Shown: positions 50,827-63,669 of the stretch, piece by piece
Numbering within the stretch: the stretch's first letter is position 1
How the letters are laid out: the number at the start of each line of letters is the position of its first letter
Source: Eledone cirrhosa
Taxonomy: Eukaryota
NCBI GenBank assembly: GCA_964016885.1
Contig: OZ024742.1
Coordinates: forward strand, 238,700,001 to 238,764,000
Direction of reading: 5' to 3'
Length of the DNA: 64,000 nucleotides
Notes under the pieces: model-generated
Told to the model about the DNA's origin: nothing
Databases searched by the model: none
What the model saw: the letters and a program-made list of their open reading frames with translations, nothing else
Program-made: the position numbers and the translations under genes

Positions 50827-51348
50827 ATGACTAGTTTAAAAGGCTATTCCCGTAGATGCACAACCAGACTACAAAAAGAAGAAAGAAGAGCAAAGAAAAA
50901 CAATCTTATAAATCCGAAATTGAAAAGCTCTTCAAAGCAATTGCAAAGTCGGGCATCGAGCAGTCATACCCGGCATAAAGGTAGCCATAGTCGAAGTCAA
51001 TCAGAAAATTCTCACCAAGCTCTTTTCAAGTCGAAAAGAACCGCAAAAGACTCCAGGGGGCATAAATGTAAAGCCACTTCGAACCGCAAGTTGCATAAAA
51101 GGAAGCGTAGACCAACAGTTCCGAAGCTGACCACCTCGTCAGAGGCTGAATCTGTGAACGCTCAAGAATTTTCAGAATCATCAGATGCTGACGGATTGGC
51201 ATCACTTTCTCCAGAGACTAGCTCTTCGAAAGGAACAGAAACAGATGATAATTCTCAGGTACATGAACTTGTATCAAATGCTTTGAATATGGACATGTAT
51301 GATAATGGAATTACAACAGAGAATACTCTGCTCGGTAGGGTCCAATAA
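50827..51348 (+). CDS. Intronless 173-aa orphan ORF: K/R/S/H-rich basic N-half, acidic S/E/D-rich C-half
   Basis: Open ATG-TAA frame in AT-rich surroundings, start context AAAGATGA, upstream CRE and TATA, AATAAA at 51368-51373. No recognisable domain. Confidence 0.5.
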   Translation: MTSLKGYSRRCTTRLQKEERRAKKNNLINPKLKSSSKQLQSRASSSHTRHKGSHSRSQSENSHQALFKSKRTAKDSRGHKCKATSNRKLHKRKRRPTVPKLTTSSEAESVNAQEFSESSDADGLASLSPETSSSKGTETDDNSQVHELVSNALNMDMYDNGITTENTLLGRVQ

Positions 51349-51558
51349 CATGTATTAACTTTAAACAAATAAACGAAAAATTTTATCAAATTTTCTCTGA
51401 ATTTATTTGTGATACCACATATGCACAAAAGGATAGAATAGTAATAACATTTTTCGAATTCACTCGGAAATTCTTTTCCCTATTTTCATTTGTAGTTTTT
51501 ATTGGCCACGAATATCTAGATATAGGTCTTTAATTTCACTAGCCATATAGGGTGCATG

Positions 51559-53355
51559 TTTAACGAAGGGTATTTTTAAGAAATTGTTGTTAGATGGATT
51601 AAGTTGTTGTTAGATGGATTAACATGATTGTTGGATGTAATAACAATAAATGATTTAGTTTATATATAAAGGTTTACTTCACTTGAGTCAAAGAACAAAC
51701 ATATTACCACGAGTTGCAAAGGTTGACAATGTTATTTTTGTTGGTTCGTGAGGCTGATTTAGTCTGCGCCAAGAGATAATGGTCTGTGGTTGACTGTAGA
51801 CCACTGTGGCTCGTAGATATCGGTGAATCTTTCACATAGCTGGTCTGTATCGCAGTGTTCCGATCTCTCTGTATTTCTGTAGACCTCTGGGGCCTGAAGG
51901 TAGCGGTGAATCTTTACATAGTTTGTTGCTAGCGTAATGCTCCGATCTCTCTGTATGTAAGGTGGGAAAATATAGGCTTTATATACCTGTCGCTTTCTGT
52001 CTCCCACCTTGAGGGGATAGCCCACGCATGAACCTGTTCACACCAAAAGGGTGGTGACCTAGAATTTTACCTTTAGGTGCCACCCAAGGTTCAAGGCGTG
52101 GACAGATTTCGCTACATTAGTTCCCTACCCAGATCGATTATAAAAGGGGTAGAGAAATCTAATTCTAGAAGCGTGTCCCAAAACACAATGTGGGTACTAC
52201 ATGTATTTCGTAGTGTTGTGTATGGATGGCTGAACGTTGGGGTTACGGTATCGGATTACGATATAACAGGACTATTTCTCTCAATGTATCATACGTAAGA
52301 TTCTCTTCCAGTGAATCGAGGTTTACGCTGACATGAGTGTGTGCAATTTTGAGTTGCATGCTTGAGTGAGTTCAAGCAAGTAGTTACGGTGGGTTGATTA
52401 TCATGTTTAATAGCTGTTGCCGTACCTCGACCAGTTGAAAAGTGATCTCGCTGAGACCCAACCGAATCCAGAATATACCATAGACAAAAACATGGTGTGT
52501 GACAAAGGAAATGATGTGTTTGATGCAAAACGTGTTATTCATACAGGCATATAATACAGTAAAACGAATAAAGAAAATAAAAATGACATTCATATTTAAC
52601 CTGTAAAAAAAAAAAAAAAAAAAAGATTTTTACAAAAAGTTCAGTTTTCTCTTTGTGATCGTTTTCTTGCTTTGTTGTTGGAAATTACGAAGCAAGTGGT
52701 GAAGTGTTTGGTAATGAGTTCAAGTGAAGTTACTGTAAATATTCCGCAGAATAGAAGTTTGGTGAGAGAAAGTTGTTTATATATCAAAGCCCGCGTGTGG
52801 TTTTTTTTTTTTTTTTAAAATCACATCCGGTTCACCAATTTAACGAAGGATATTTTCCAGAAATTGTTGTTAGATGGATTAACATGATTGTTGGATGTAA
52901 TAACAAGAATTACATCAAAAAGAACAAACATATTACCATGAGTTGCAAAGGTTGACAATGTTATTTTTGTTGTTGGTTCATGAGGCTGATTAGTCTGTGC
53001 CAAGAGAGAGAGAGATAATGGTCTGTAGTTGACTGTAGACCACTGTGGCCTGTAGATAGCAGTGAATCTTTCACATAGCTGGTCTGTATCGTAGGGCTCC
53101 GATCTCTCTGTATTTCTGTAGATCTCTGGGGCCTGAAGGTAGCGGTGAATCTTTACATAATTTGTTGCTAGCGTAATGCTCCGATCTCTCTGTATCTAAG
53201 GTGGGAAAATATAGGCTTTATATACCTGTCGCTTTCTGTCTCCCACCTTGAGGCGATAGCCCACGCATGAACCTGTTCACACCAAAAGGGTGGTGACCTA
53301 GAATTTGACCTTTAGGTATCACCTAAGGTTCAAGGCATGGACAGATTTTGCTATA
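51559..53355 (-). mobile_element. Non-autonomous LTR element N3 (TRIM/SMART-like), complete
   Basis: LTRs 51559-52116 and 52839-53355; 4-bp TSD CATG; degenerate Trp PBS TGGTGAACCGGATGTGA 52821-52837; PPT GGGTAGGGAAC beside 52116; ~720 bp interior. Confidence 0.88.
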
Positions 53356-53799
53356 CATGTATCTTGTAGACCACCGTCTGCAGAAAATTTAGACATTTTG
53401 CAATTTGTTTTATTAATAATTAAAAAAATATTCGGTTAAAATATTTTATAGCCCCCACCCCCATGTTTCTCCTCAGTAAAGAACTATCCATACAAGAATT
53501 TTACATATGTATTGTCTATCGACAATGACACGTATGCTTCAGTATTGTTTCGACCATTACAAGTCACCCCGCTCCGATTGTTTTATTTTATTTGGCTGTG
53601 CTTTTCGTGTCAGATTCGAATGAAATAAACCCATAATGAGAGAAATAGCAAGTGAATATATTTCATTTCTTTAGTAATACCAAAGGTAATGTAACTAATA
53701 ATAGTAACAATAGTAATACTTCACTTAACTGTGAGCTGATCCTCGTCACACCATCAGGAAGAACATTCAAATTGGGGAAAGAAAATGAGAGAAGAAAGA

Positions 53800-54780
53800 A
53801 AATGATTCAAACTACTTGAAATTTGGATTTATTCAAGAACCTGGTAGTGACTTGGATCCACGGCCACTTTGCCTTGTCTGTTCTGAGAATTTATCCAATG
53901 ATGCCATGAAACCTTCGAAAATCGGAAGACGCAATCAAAACACCAGAATTTAGCTAAGAAATCATTTGAATATTTTCAAAGAATGCGTGAAAGTGCTTTA
54001 ACAAAAATGACATCTTTATTAAAGGCTTCTTATCTAATAGCACTTAGGTTGCAAAAAATAAAAAAGCTGTATATGATTGGAAAAAAATTAAAGCATTACA
54101 TGTTACAAGCCTATGAAGAGGCTTTGGGAAAGCAGGCTGTCCAGAAACAAAGTAATTCCGATGTTTTCTAATACTGTCAAGCGTAGAATGGAAGACATGG
54201 CTGAAGATATGGTGAAATTCAATTCAACTTGACGAATCAACGGACATAAGTAACAAAGCACTTCTCCTTTGTTTTGTGAAGGTTGAGTGTGAAGGAGTTA
54301 CGGGAACAACTACTTTGTTCGCTCAAGCTTGCCGGGTAGAATAACTAGCTCAGATTTTTTGAAGCACTTAATAGTTATTTCTTGGAACACGGAATTAAAT
54401 GGAAAAAATGTATTGGGATATGTACAGACAGTGCCGCAAACATGACTGGGCACATGGAAATGTTGGTCACCCAGACATTTTGTCTACACACTGCAGCGGA
54501 AAAAAATATCCCCAGAACTACTCGAAGATGTTATTAAAATTCGAATATTTAAGGCACTTTGTGAAGAAATGGGCTCCCAATATACTTACCTTTTTCTTCA
54601 TGCCGAGGTGAGATGGCTTGAGTGGCAAAATACTAACCTGACTGTTCGCCCTGCACGTCAAATTATTTTTCCAGCAGCAAAATAATCTGAAATTTCAAAC
54701 TCTTGTCCGACGACGAGTCGGTTGTCAAGCTTGCATACATGGCAGATATTTTTTGGCTGTTAAATGAAATAAACAAGGAC
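53800..54780 (+). pseudogene. Decayed hAT (Buster/ZBED5/8-like) transposase
   Basis: YLKFGFIQEPGSDLDPRPLCLVCSENLSNDAMKPSK, LLKASYLIA, IQLDESTDIS, GICTD.A.NM, HAEVRWL, KLAYMADIF across frameshifts. Confidence 0.85.
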
Positions 54781-54867
54781 AACTTAAGGTGTTCTCACTA
54801 CAAGAGTGAGAAGGATGTTAACCAGCAGGTGATAACCATTGTTCAGCAGCACTCAATCACTGGTCAT

Positions 54868-55235
54868 TATGACGCAGGGTTACGGCCCTTGCCATTCTGA
54901 GTTTGAATCCCGCCGAGGTTAACTTTGCCTTTTATCCTTACGGGGTCGATAAAATAAAGTACCAGTAATGCACTGGGTAATTGCTGGCCTTGTGAAAAAA
55001 AGTAAAAACAATTATTACCCTTTGGGTAATAATGAGCAGTGGGGCAGTGGATTGGCAGTATTGATAGAGCGTTGGACAACCTGCCTCGTGACATAGGGTT
55101 ACGGCCCTTTACGTTCTGGGTTCAAATCCCGCAGAGGTTAGCTTTGCCTTTCATCCTTACGAGGTCGATAAAATAAAGCACCAGTAATGCATTGGGATAA
55201 TTGCTGGTCTTGTGCCAAAAGTAGAAAGAATTATG
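54868..55235 (+). mobile_element. Two tandem SINE copies (same family)
   Basis: Two successive B-box + core + gcacaaggccagcaatt-type 3' ends. Confidence 0.85.
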
Positions 55236-55299
55236 ACATGACAATAAGTGGATAATAGATCAAACAAGATAGCACGAATGAAAAAGTGAATACTCAATG

Positions 55300-56255
55300 A
55301 AAATTCTGATTCGAATTTCAACAAGGTAGTCAGATGGCAACATGGTTAATAATTTTGGGGGTGTTTACCAAGTCAGAGATTCAATATATCCAGGCCCAGG
55401 GAAGCAAGGCGTTCAGAGTATGGAAGATGCCTGATGGAGGGTATTTGCTTGGTTGCACGTCTCTGAACAGTTTCCAGGCGGTCAATGTTCTGAGCAAGAT
55501 ATGGATTCCAGACTGGTGATGCCGCACCATAGCTATATACAGCTTTTAATAGATAGCTGGAGAGCGGCTGACAAAGGTCTTGCTGAGTGATGCTAAGGCA
55601 CCCTCGGCCTTCTTGACAATTTTAGAGATGTGCTTCGTCCAACGCAAATCGTTGCTGATAGTAATGGTCACGTTCACAAGAAGACTTCTTGATATTAGTG
55701 TTGTGGAGGGAGTATGTGGACGCTGCGTTTTTACGCCCAAAATGCATGGTGGTACACTTGTCCACAGCCAGCTTGAGTTGCCAGTCCGTGATCCATTGTT
55801 GCATCGTGTCCAGGTCAAATTGCAGGCAAGATCTATAGTGTTCAGGATCTGTCCTTTTTATCTCAAGGTACAGCTTGATGTCATCTGCATATTTCAGTAC
55901 TGTGGCATTCTTTAAGTTGGCTCTATGTCATTAATATATGCCACAAACAAAAGGGGGCCAAGAACAGATCCCTGTGGTACACCAGATGACATCTCATATG
56001 GTGAGGAATGCTGTCCTAGAACCGTGACTACCTCTCTTCGACTGAGAATGAAGGATTTCAACCAGTTAAAAAGATCATCCCTCACACCCATTGCAGAGAG
56101 TTTTGCCATAAGTCTTTTTTTGTGGCACAGAATTGAAAGCTTTAGCAAAGTCAAGGTAAACAACATCCACCCATGAGCCGCCATCAGTGATCCGGGTAAT
56201 GTCTTCAAGAAACTCGATAAGTTGATCACAGCAGCTGGAGTTAGGGATAAATCCT
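55300..56255 (-). mobile_element. CR1/L2-type LINE RT fragment
   Basis: DVVYLDFAKAF, SGVPQGSVLGPLLF..YINDI, YADDIKLY, WITDWQL..AVDKC. Confidence 0.88.
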
Positions 56256-56334
56256 TTGAACCCAGAACATAAAGGGCCGTAACCCTATGTCAGGAGGCAG
56301 GTTGTCCAATGCTGTACCGAGTCTGCGAAAAAAT

Positions 56335-58300
56335 GTTTATTGTTGGCCACAAGGACTGAACATAGAAGACAATACAAAGAGGGGGATTTACATAAATTTG
56401 TATAAAAACAAAAGAATTAACAATACAAAAACAACAGGGGGGATATCACCATAGGAAGGTGCCCCTCTCTCCTTTAATCCCTCCAGCATACAGGCACATG
56501 GTCAGGGTAGGCCATCCTCACAACAAAAGTTGATGTGGGAGTTGCCGAAGAGAAAAGTGTCTGTCTTTCGTCCTTTCAGCTTGGTCTACCAAAGAACCTC
56601 TTTCGCTACAACCATAAGGCACAGGAAAACTGCCTGCCCTTCGCGACTAAGAAAGGCGATAGGGCAATTTTCACGATAGACTTGGTAAAAAGATGGATCC
56701 ATCCCACATGCGATAACAGCTGTTCGGCATAACTCCACAAGTCAGTAATGCACGGACTCTGGACGAGTGCATGCAGAACGGTTTTGTCATTCTGTGCGCA
56801 TCTTGGACAGGTCTGTCTGACCGCACTGATCCCCCCCCCCCCCCCCCCCCAGCAATGAGAGATTTCTGGAAGTTATCCATAGTTCCCAGCTCGAAAGACC
56901 TCTGGAACACACTGGTCAGTTCAATTTCGTCGACGCCCAAAGCCTTTCCGAGAGCATAGTTGTATTTGCCCACCACTAATTGTCTATAAAACTCTAGAGT
57001 GGAATTTCTACTGACTGCATTGCCCGCCTGGTAGAAGGCAGTGAATCACTGGCAAGATTCCAGATGCCAGACGCCCAGTCTCAGTTTCTTCTTGACTAAG
57101 GACTGCAGCTCAGTCAACGAGACGGGCCGAGGAAAGATCCGTCTCACAAAAAGCAACCATACCTGTTAACAGTTAAGAATATCTGAAGATGCCTGTAGCC
57201 TCAGCGCATGTTTGTGCATCATCAGCCATGGCACCTAGAGGGTGCTGGCAGCAGATTGACTGCCTCACCAATGGAACCTGTCCCTTCCATTAGAAGTTGA
57301 AGAACAGGCATTCCAATTTGGTGAACTTCCAACGGGCCCACTGTTGAACGGTATGAATTTGCTTCCATGTGCCGAGCTGCGATAGTTCTGGAATTGTCTC
57401 CCTTGTTCGGGTTCTTTCTCAGCAGCGCCACCATTCTTTGGCTCAGCAGCGCCACCATTCTTTGGCTCACAGAGCTGGGAATTCTGTTCTGTCACTAGTT
57501 GCAGTAGACGTCCACCAAGAAGTTGCTGAAAAAGTCTGGCATGTGTACGTAAAGCTCATAGGTCAGACCATCCAAACCAGGCGATTTACTCATTGTGGAA
57601 TCATAGTCAGTCATACTTCAGTGGGTATTATCGGCTTTTCACAACACTCCACCTCCGTGAGCCACGGCAGACCGTCTAGGAAGGGACTAAAGTCCATTCC
57701 TTGATCTGGTCCATCACTGTTCCCGAACGGTTGAGCGAAGTGCCTCTAAAAGGTCACACATCTGCTTGGAATCAACATGCGCCAGTCGTGATCCTCCAAA
57801 GACTGGATCGGGCCCATCGAATGGCTTTCGTCCCCTTGCATTTGAGAGCACGCACCCTAACTCTGACAACGTAGCCTTCATGCTTTGCATTCAAGAATTA
57901 GTTGAGGGGCAATTTGCCACAAGCACGTTGGTCCTGATGCTTTTACTAAGCACCTCGTTTACTCTATTATTCTCTATTGCCTTACTGAACTTAATGGACT
58001 ATTCTAATTGCTTTTTTTAGGGTGAAGTACCATTTGTTGTTGATGACTGCCCCTGTCAATACCCACTTAACTAATTCACTAATCCTGTCTCTAGGCTTTG
58101 CACGCCATGTTCAGCTTCCAGTAGCCGGGTCCCTGTCTATGAAGCCTATTGAAGTCGATAAAACAGATAAAAAATTTGTGGTCTGTGTAGTCGACTATCT
58201 TGAATTGTGGACATAGGTATGCTAGAACTATCTATATCACTACAAAATACCATATCTGGATGACCCGGTTTGTCCATATCCACATTGGCACATACAGGAA
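56335..58300 (-). mobile_element. L1/Tx1-like LINE fragments (internally deleted)
   Basis: C-terminal zinc-finger-like CPRCAQNDETVLHA (~56765-56810), PFLDGLP..TE...CEKPI..TEV (~57620-57690), U-rich 3' UTR near 56340-56480; 24-bp tandem duplication at ~57418-57468. Confidence 0.65.
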
Positions 58301-60289
58301 ATCTAGATGGTACTAGTCAGACAGTTGGAAACGTCTGAGCAGGTTTGCGAGGCTTTTACACTCCCCCTATCTGCTAGTCCCAGCGTACATCCACAATCCT
58401 GTTCCAGTCTCCCACTAACATTAAAGAGCACAACATTCCAAGAAAGGTCTCCAGGCGGAGTCAGGTCATTCTGTCTCTGTTGGGGCGTAGACAGCCACTA
58501 GCCTGAAAGCATGCCCTTCTCTGCCGGTCACATCCAACACCACCAACTTACCTTCTGGGTCCAAGAAGATGGCCCATATCTCGAGATCCAAACTTCACAT
58601 TGATAAATAAATAAAACAACTTCATGGTCTTCTTAGAGGGTTCTGTTTATAAATGTTTTTCTTAAGTGATTTTTAATTGAATAGAAAATTGAAATGTTTC
58701 TCCACCAAATTATTGGTATAATTTCAAATATTTTGTCAGTCAACTACTTATGGCAAGTAAAAAATACATTTCCATTTTATATTTTATATAAAATCAAATC
58801 TGTATCAATTTATTCTGTATTCTGTCTTTTATATTGTTTGATCCTTATTTCTGTGTCTATTTTTTTCCATACTTACATGGTTTGGGAAGAAACTTTTTGA
58901 GGTAGTTTTCTATGTCTTCTTGATTCTATTTGTTATAAGTATTATATATATATATGAGTGTTGCAGTTTGCTTGAAGCATTGTGGAATCGTTTTGGAAGC
59001 CTCAACAACAATGCAGATGGGTAAATCTCCGGGCAACAGAACCAGGTGGTAGGAAAATAGTCTAAAAAGTTCCCTTACGGATGCAAACAATTCCTGGCTC
59101 AGGTGTAAGGATAAGAGCATAACATTCCAAGAAAGGTCTCCAGGCACCAGGAGGAGTCAGGCCATTCTGTCCTTGTTGGGACGTAGACAGCCACTAGCCA
59201 GAAAGCATGCAAGCATGCTCTTCTCTGCTGGTCACATCCAACACCACCACAAGCATTGTGGAGTCGTTTTGGAAGTCTCAACAATGCAGATGGGTATATA
59301 TATACACACCACTAGTTGGCCAATTGGAAGAGTCATTAGAATGTTGGAGAGAATGCCTTGCAGTATTTATTCCAGCTCTCTAACCTGTCAAGGACAACTT
59401 TGCCTTTCATCCTTTCAAGGTCAATAAAAAGTACCAGTCCAGTGCTGGGGTTCATTTTTCCTCTATTTTTTTCTCATTTCCTCTGTTATTCTCTGGAACA
59501 AATGGGCTCCACCAGGTTTTAAATGCCCAAGACACACTGTAACTACAGTACTCTTACAGCTCCATCAGGAGTTAAGGATCCATCCATACATACATACATA
59601 TATACTACTAACATTTGTTGAATCACAATGTTGCAGGAAATGGTTATTTCATACAATATGGTACTGGGTGCAGTGTGATTAAGAAAAAGGTTATGAAAGC
59701 ATAACTAAAATTCTTATGTTTGAGTCTGCTCAATCAGGGCTAATCTTTCACTAAACATCTAATAAACAAAATAGAATTGTTACAAATTTGTTATATTGGC
59801 ATTATATTTCGTATGAAAATGGAAGTCAAATACAAGATTATCTAAAATAATATTTCCTTTTCAATAAAAAAATAAAAAAAATAAAAAAATTACATATAAC
59901 AATTCTTAATTTCCCTCAATAACATTAATAGTTTCACAATTATCAGTACTTTAACGCTTTTGATACCAGCACAAGAAAAATGAGTTCTGGTTCTGTAAAA
60001 CCAAGCCACCCATTTAAAGAGTTCCTAATTCGATTAAAATCTTCTAATAGTAATGAAATAATAATTATAGTAAATCTTTCAAGATTCTTCATTAATTAAT
60101 TGAAATAGAGTGTATTTTGTTAGAAATATGGCCACGAAAGAGTTTTAAACAAAAAAAAGAAGCGAAAATAAAAAAATACAAAGCCAAAACAAAAAATGAT
60201 TTTAGAAAAATATAGTTTATATCAAAATAATGAAATTATGGTGAAATAAGAAAAGAAAATGAGACAAACATTTCTTCAAATCAGTCCAA

Positions 60290-60437
60290 TTAGTATTCCA
60301 AAGAATGTGACATTTTATGACATTGCTCGGAGTTGAATTGGTTTAAGAAATATGACATTTCAGAAATTTTGAAGGTTCTGGAAATTTTTGATTTATGTTT
60401 TTTTGTTGAAAAACTCCCATACTTTGTAATATTTTGC
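60290..60437 (-). CDS. MTTP: MTTP-like terminal coding exon
   Basis: tttttacag|(T)QNITKYGSFSTKKHKSKISRTFKISEMSYFLNQFNSEQCHKMSHSLEY*; phase fits the previous exon; NSEQC matches the MTTP C-terminal NSEMC motif. Confidence 0.8.
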
Positions 60438-62628
60438 CTGTAAAAATAATAAAATATTGAAGTATTAGCAATCAGTCAATCAGGTTCCTGTAACTGGTGT
60501 TTATAATGGCATTTCAGTGGGCCTTAAAAATGCTTGGTGGAGCCCATCTCCCTGTAACTGGTGTATCCAGTTGTTAGGGCGCTACTCTAAACATTTGACT
60601 GTGTCCATCATGGCATTTCAGTTGGCCTTAAGAAATGCATCAAGTTACTCACTAAGTTTAGCCTGCCAGCTTAAGCAGTTACCAGGGTGTGATTGAAAAG
60701 TGTACCCATTGATCCCAGATATCAAGGTATTCCTTAGATCAATTACATCAATTGTCAAGTCAAGAGTACTCAAACTATACAGTCATATAAAAAGATCAAC
60801 TTGTGCTGAGAGTAGGTTATGCCTGGAGAGGAAGGTTGGCTGGTAAGAGAAGCAGAGACCGGCAGCTAAAACGATGGCTTGATAATGTCAATCTATGGAC
60901 TGGACTTTGAACTCTGCTTTGGTGATCGAACTTTGTGGAGAAAAATATCTCATGTTGATGCGCAGTCTGCGACTGGCGGAGTTTAGCGTCAAAGAAGATT
61001 GAGGTATTCTCTCTTCCTAAACACCCTGGTTTTGAGATATTTCAAATCCTGGATAAGGGTACATATTAACATTGTTTCAAAAGAATTAAAAGATAAAAAA
61101 TAAACAGATGCAATGATAGTAAAAAATCTGTTACTTTTAGAATTTGGTCCACAGTGGCTTCTAATGCTGCTTTCTTTAACATTGCATTATCATCACTGTT
61201 TAATATCCATTTTTCCATGCTGGCATGAGTAGACAAGTTGTTCTATTGAGACAAACCAGGTCAGATGACCATGTCTTGCTCATACAGAACTGATTTTGGC
61301 TTGGTTTCTATGGCTCGATGCCCTTCCTAACGCCAACCACATTTACAGTGTGTACTGGGTGCTTTTTGTTGTGGCAGAATGCTACAAATTTTTCTGGGTG
61401 GGAAATGACGACGGGCTCGGTGGAGTAGGGATTTTGGTAGCAGAAAAGTGTGTAAACAAAGTTATTGCTGTCATAACATTAAACGATGAGGATGATGATG
61501 ATAATGATGACCTACATGACTACTTTATAATGTGGGGTGGGCACTTTAATTACCTTAACCGAGTTGTTTAGCTCCTAGTGAGCTCTGATCATGTAGTGTT
61601 ACAGTTATGGCTTTCATGACCATTAGGCCAGCTAGGCAGCCACCTAGGATGCAGACATTAGAGGGATGCATTACTGAATCTTAAAGGATCAGTTTTATAC
61701 AAATTTGTACAATTGAATAAAATCTATAATAATTTCCTGATTCCAATAACATCTTTGTCATGTAACAGTATTGTGTAAATAGCCAAAACGATGGAGAGGG
61801 TTGTATGATGTTGTGACCTTTAACAAAATTTGGTGTGGGTGAGGGTTGACTAAACAGTAAAAAATACAGGATTAGTCCTTTTCTTAGTGTTGTTAGAGCA
61901 ACAAGTAACAAAAACTGTCTGTCAGCTTGCCAAAAGCTAGAGTTATTTTATTTGTAGAGCTAGCCTTGGGCAATAAATACTGATACCAGCCCTTCTTATA
62001 GCCATAACTATCCCATCTTTTTGAATATTGGAAACTACATTCATTAATGCATCCTTTTAGGACACGAGTTCGATTTGAAAGAAATTTGATCGAACAACAG
62101 AAGCTTTCTTATTGATTTGTATAATGAAATTTAAAACTATTGTCATTAGGTAGTGAAGATGATAGCCTCCCTTCATTTCACAATATTCCTGTGAATTACA
62201 GTTATTCCCCTTGACAACGAGCAGTGGAATTTTGGGACTTCAGAATTTAGAAAACTACTCCCATTCATGCTTGCAAAATATTTTTCTCTGTAAATTAATT
62301 CAACTAATGGAAAGAAAAGAAAAAGAAAAACTACTGAACTCAAACTGCCTGAAACTTTCCCTGCCCTACTGAGAACTAGAAACAGATTTCTTGTTAATTA
62401 TGATTTTTATTCCAATAAAATGGTGGGGATGATGATGATGATGATATCTGTGATTTTTATTCCAATAAAATGTTTATTTTCAAAATGGTTTGAAAGTCCT
62501 AGGCCATGTTTTTCACAAGAAATATGGTAACGAAAAGTCCCAGTGACTCTTAACTTTGAAAGTTTTCTGTTGGGTCTATTTTTCATTGAACAGATATAAC
62601 TAATTAGAGATAAAAGAAAATTACTTAC

Positions 62629-62799
62629 GTCCATGATATATGGGGTCGCATCATTCTCATACAACTTTTCACTGGCATTTTAGCAAATTCCACATCAGTC
62701 TTAAAGTCAATGTGACCTTCACCACCAACTTTAAAATCAATTCCAGCTTTGAATATCTTTGAATCCAATTTGACAGACCCATCAAATAACAAGGCACCG
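62629..62799 (-). CDS. MTTP: MTTP-like penultimate exon
   Basis: ttgtag|(S)GALLFDGSVKLDSKIFKAGIDF...DFKTDVEFAKMPVKSCMRM...|GTAAGT; 171 bp, phase 2/2; resembles MTTP VDSSFVKAGLE...VQFSQYPFLVCMQM. Confidence 0.85.
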
Positions 62800-63514
62800 C
62801 TACAACAATGAAACAGTGATTAGACAGTGATTAAATGGTGGGGATGATGATGATATCTGTGTTATATTTTCTTGTGATTTGTTCTGAGGATGAAGAGCAA
62901 CACCCATGACTCTTTGTAAAACTTCCAAGACTGATGGGGGAATGGGAGGAAGAAATTTCAAGAGATGAATTATCAACCCTAGTCTAGAAACCTTGTTGAA
63001 ATGTTTGAAACAGATTGTACTCTACTAAAGACATGCAAAGGTGAGATGATGGTGTTAAAAAGAGTGACAGGTTATGTCTGCCACTTCAAAACAAGACTTC
63101 CAAACTGTTTCAGTCTACAAAATTTAACTCACACGGCTTAAATTGGTTCTAGGCTTTGATAGACCTAATGGTGCTGTATTATTGAATCAAACCTGGAATC
63201 ACAAGATTGTGAAAAAAAACTTCTGAACACTTGATATCAAATCACTTGAATCTGCCTCTGGTTCTATGATACAAAGCTATTTATTTTAATGTGTTTATAG
63301 TGATCTAAAAATTTTCCATGATAATTTAATGAAAGAACCTTTGTTAAGTTATGTTCCAAATACCAAAATTTGCTATATTATTAAATCCAAATTCTTGATT
63401 ATTTTCAAAATTATAGACAGTATCACTAGAAATATGGTAACGAAAGAGTTAACTACATGACTATATGCCTGGCAATGTGTATACAACTTTCTGATGAAAT
63501 TAAATAAAACTTAC

Positions 63515-63669
63515 CTGTTGGTTACAACACTTTGAGATGTTCGGCTCCAAATACTATTTATCATTGAACCAGAAATATCTAGAGACAGTGCCGTCATTAG
63601 ATCAACTTTAGCAACAAGGCCATTAATAAGGTGAAGAGTTTGGTGTTCATCTTGCAAAAGTATGTTACC
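63515..63669 (-). CDS. MTTP: Microsomal triglyceride transfer protein large subunit-like, third-last exon (gene continues beyond window)
   Basis: ttgtag|GNILLQDEHQTLHLINGLVAKVDLMTALSLDISGSMINSIWSRTSQSVVTN|GTAAG; aligns by eye with recalled MTTP GLILLIDHSQELQLQSGL...DISGAMEFSLWYRES. Confidence 0.85.

Noticed and set aside
58390-59250. Local ~130-bp duplication (58430-58545 and 59120-59250)
   Set aside because: Looks like decayed interspersed-repeat fragments with no termini, ORF or structure to support a call.
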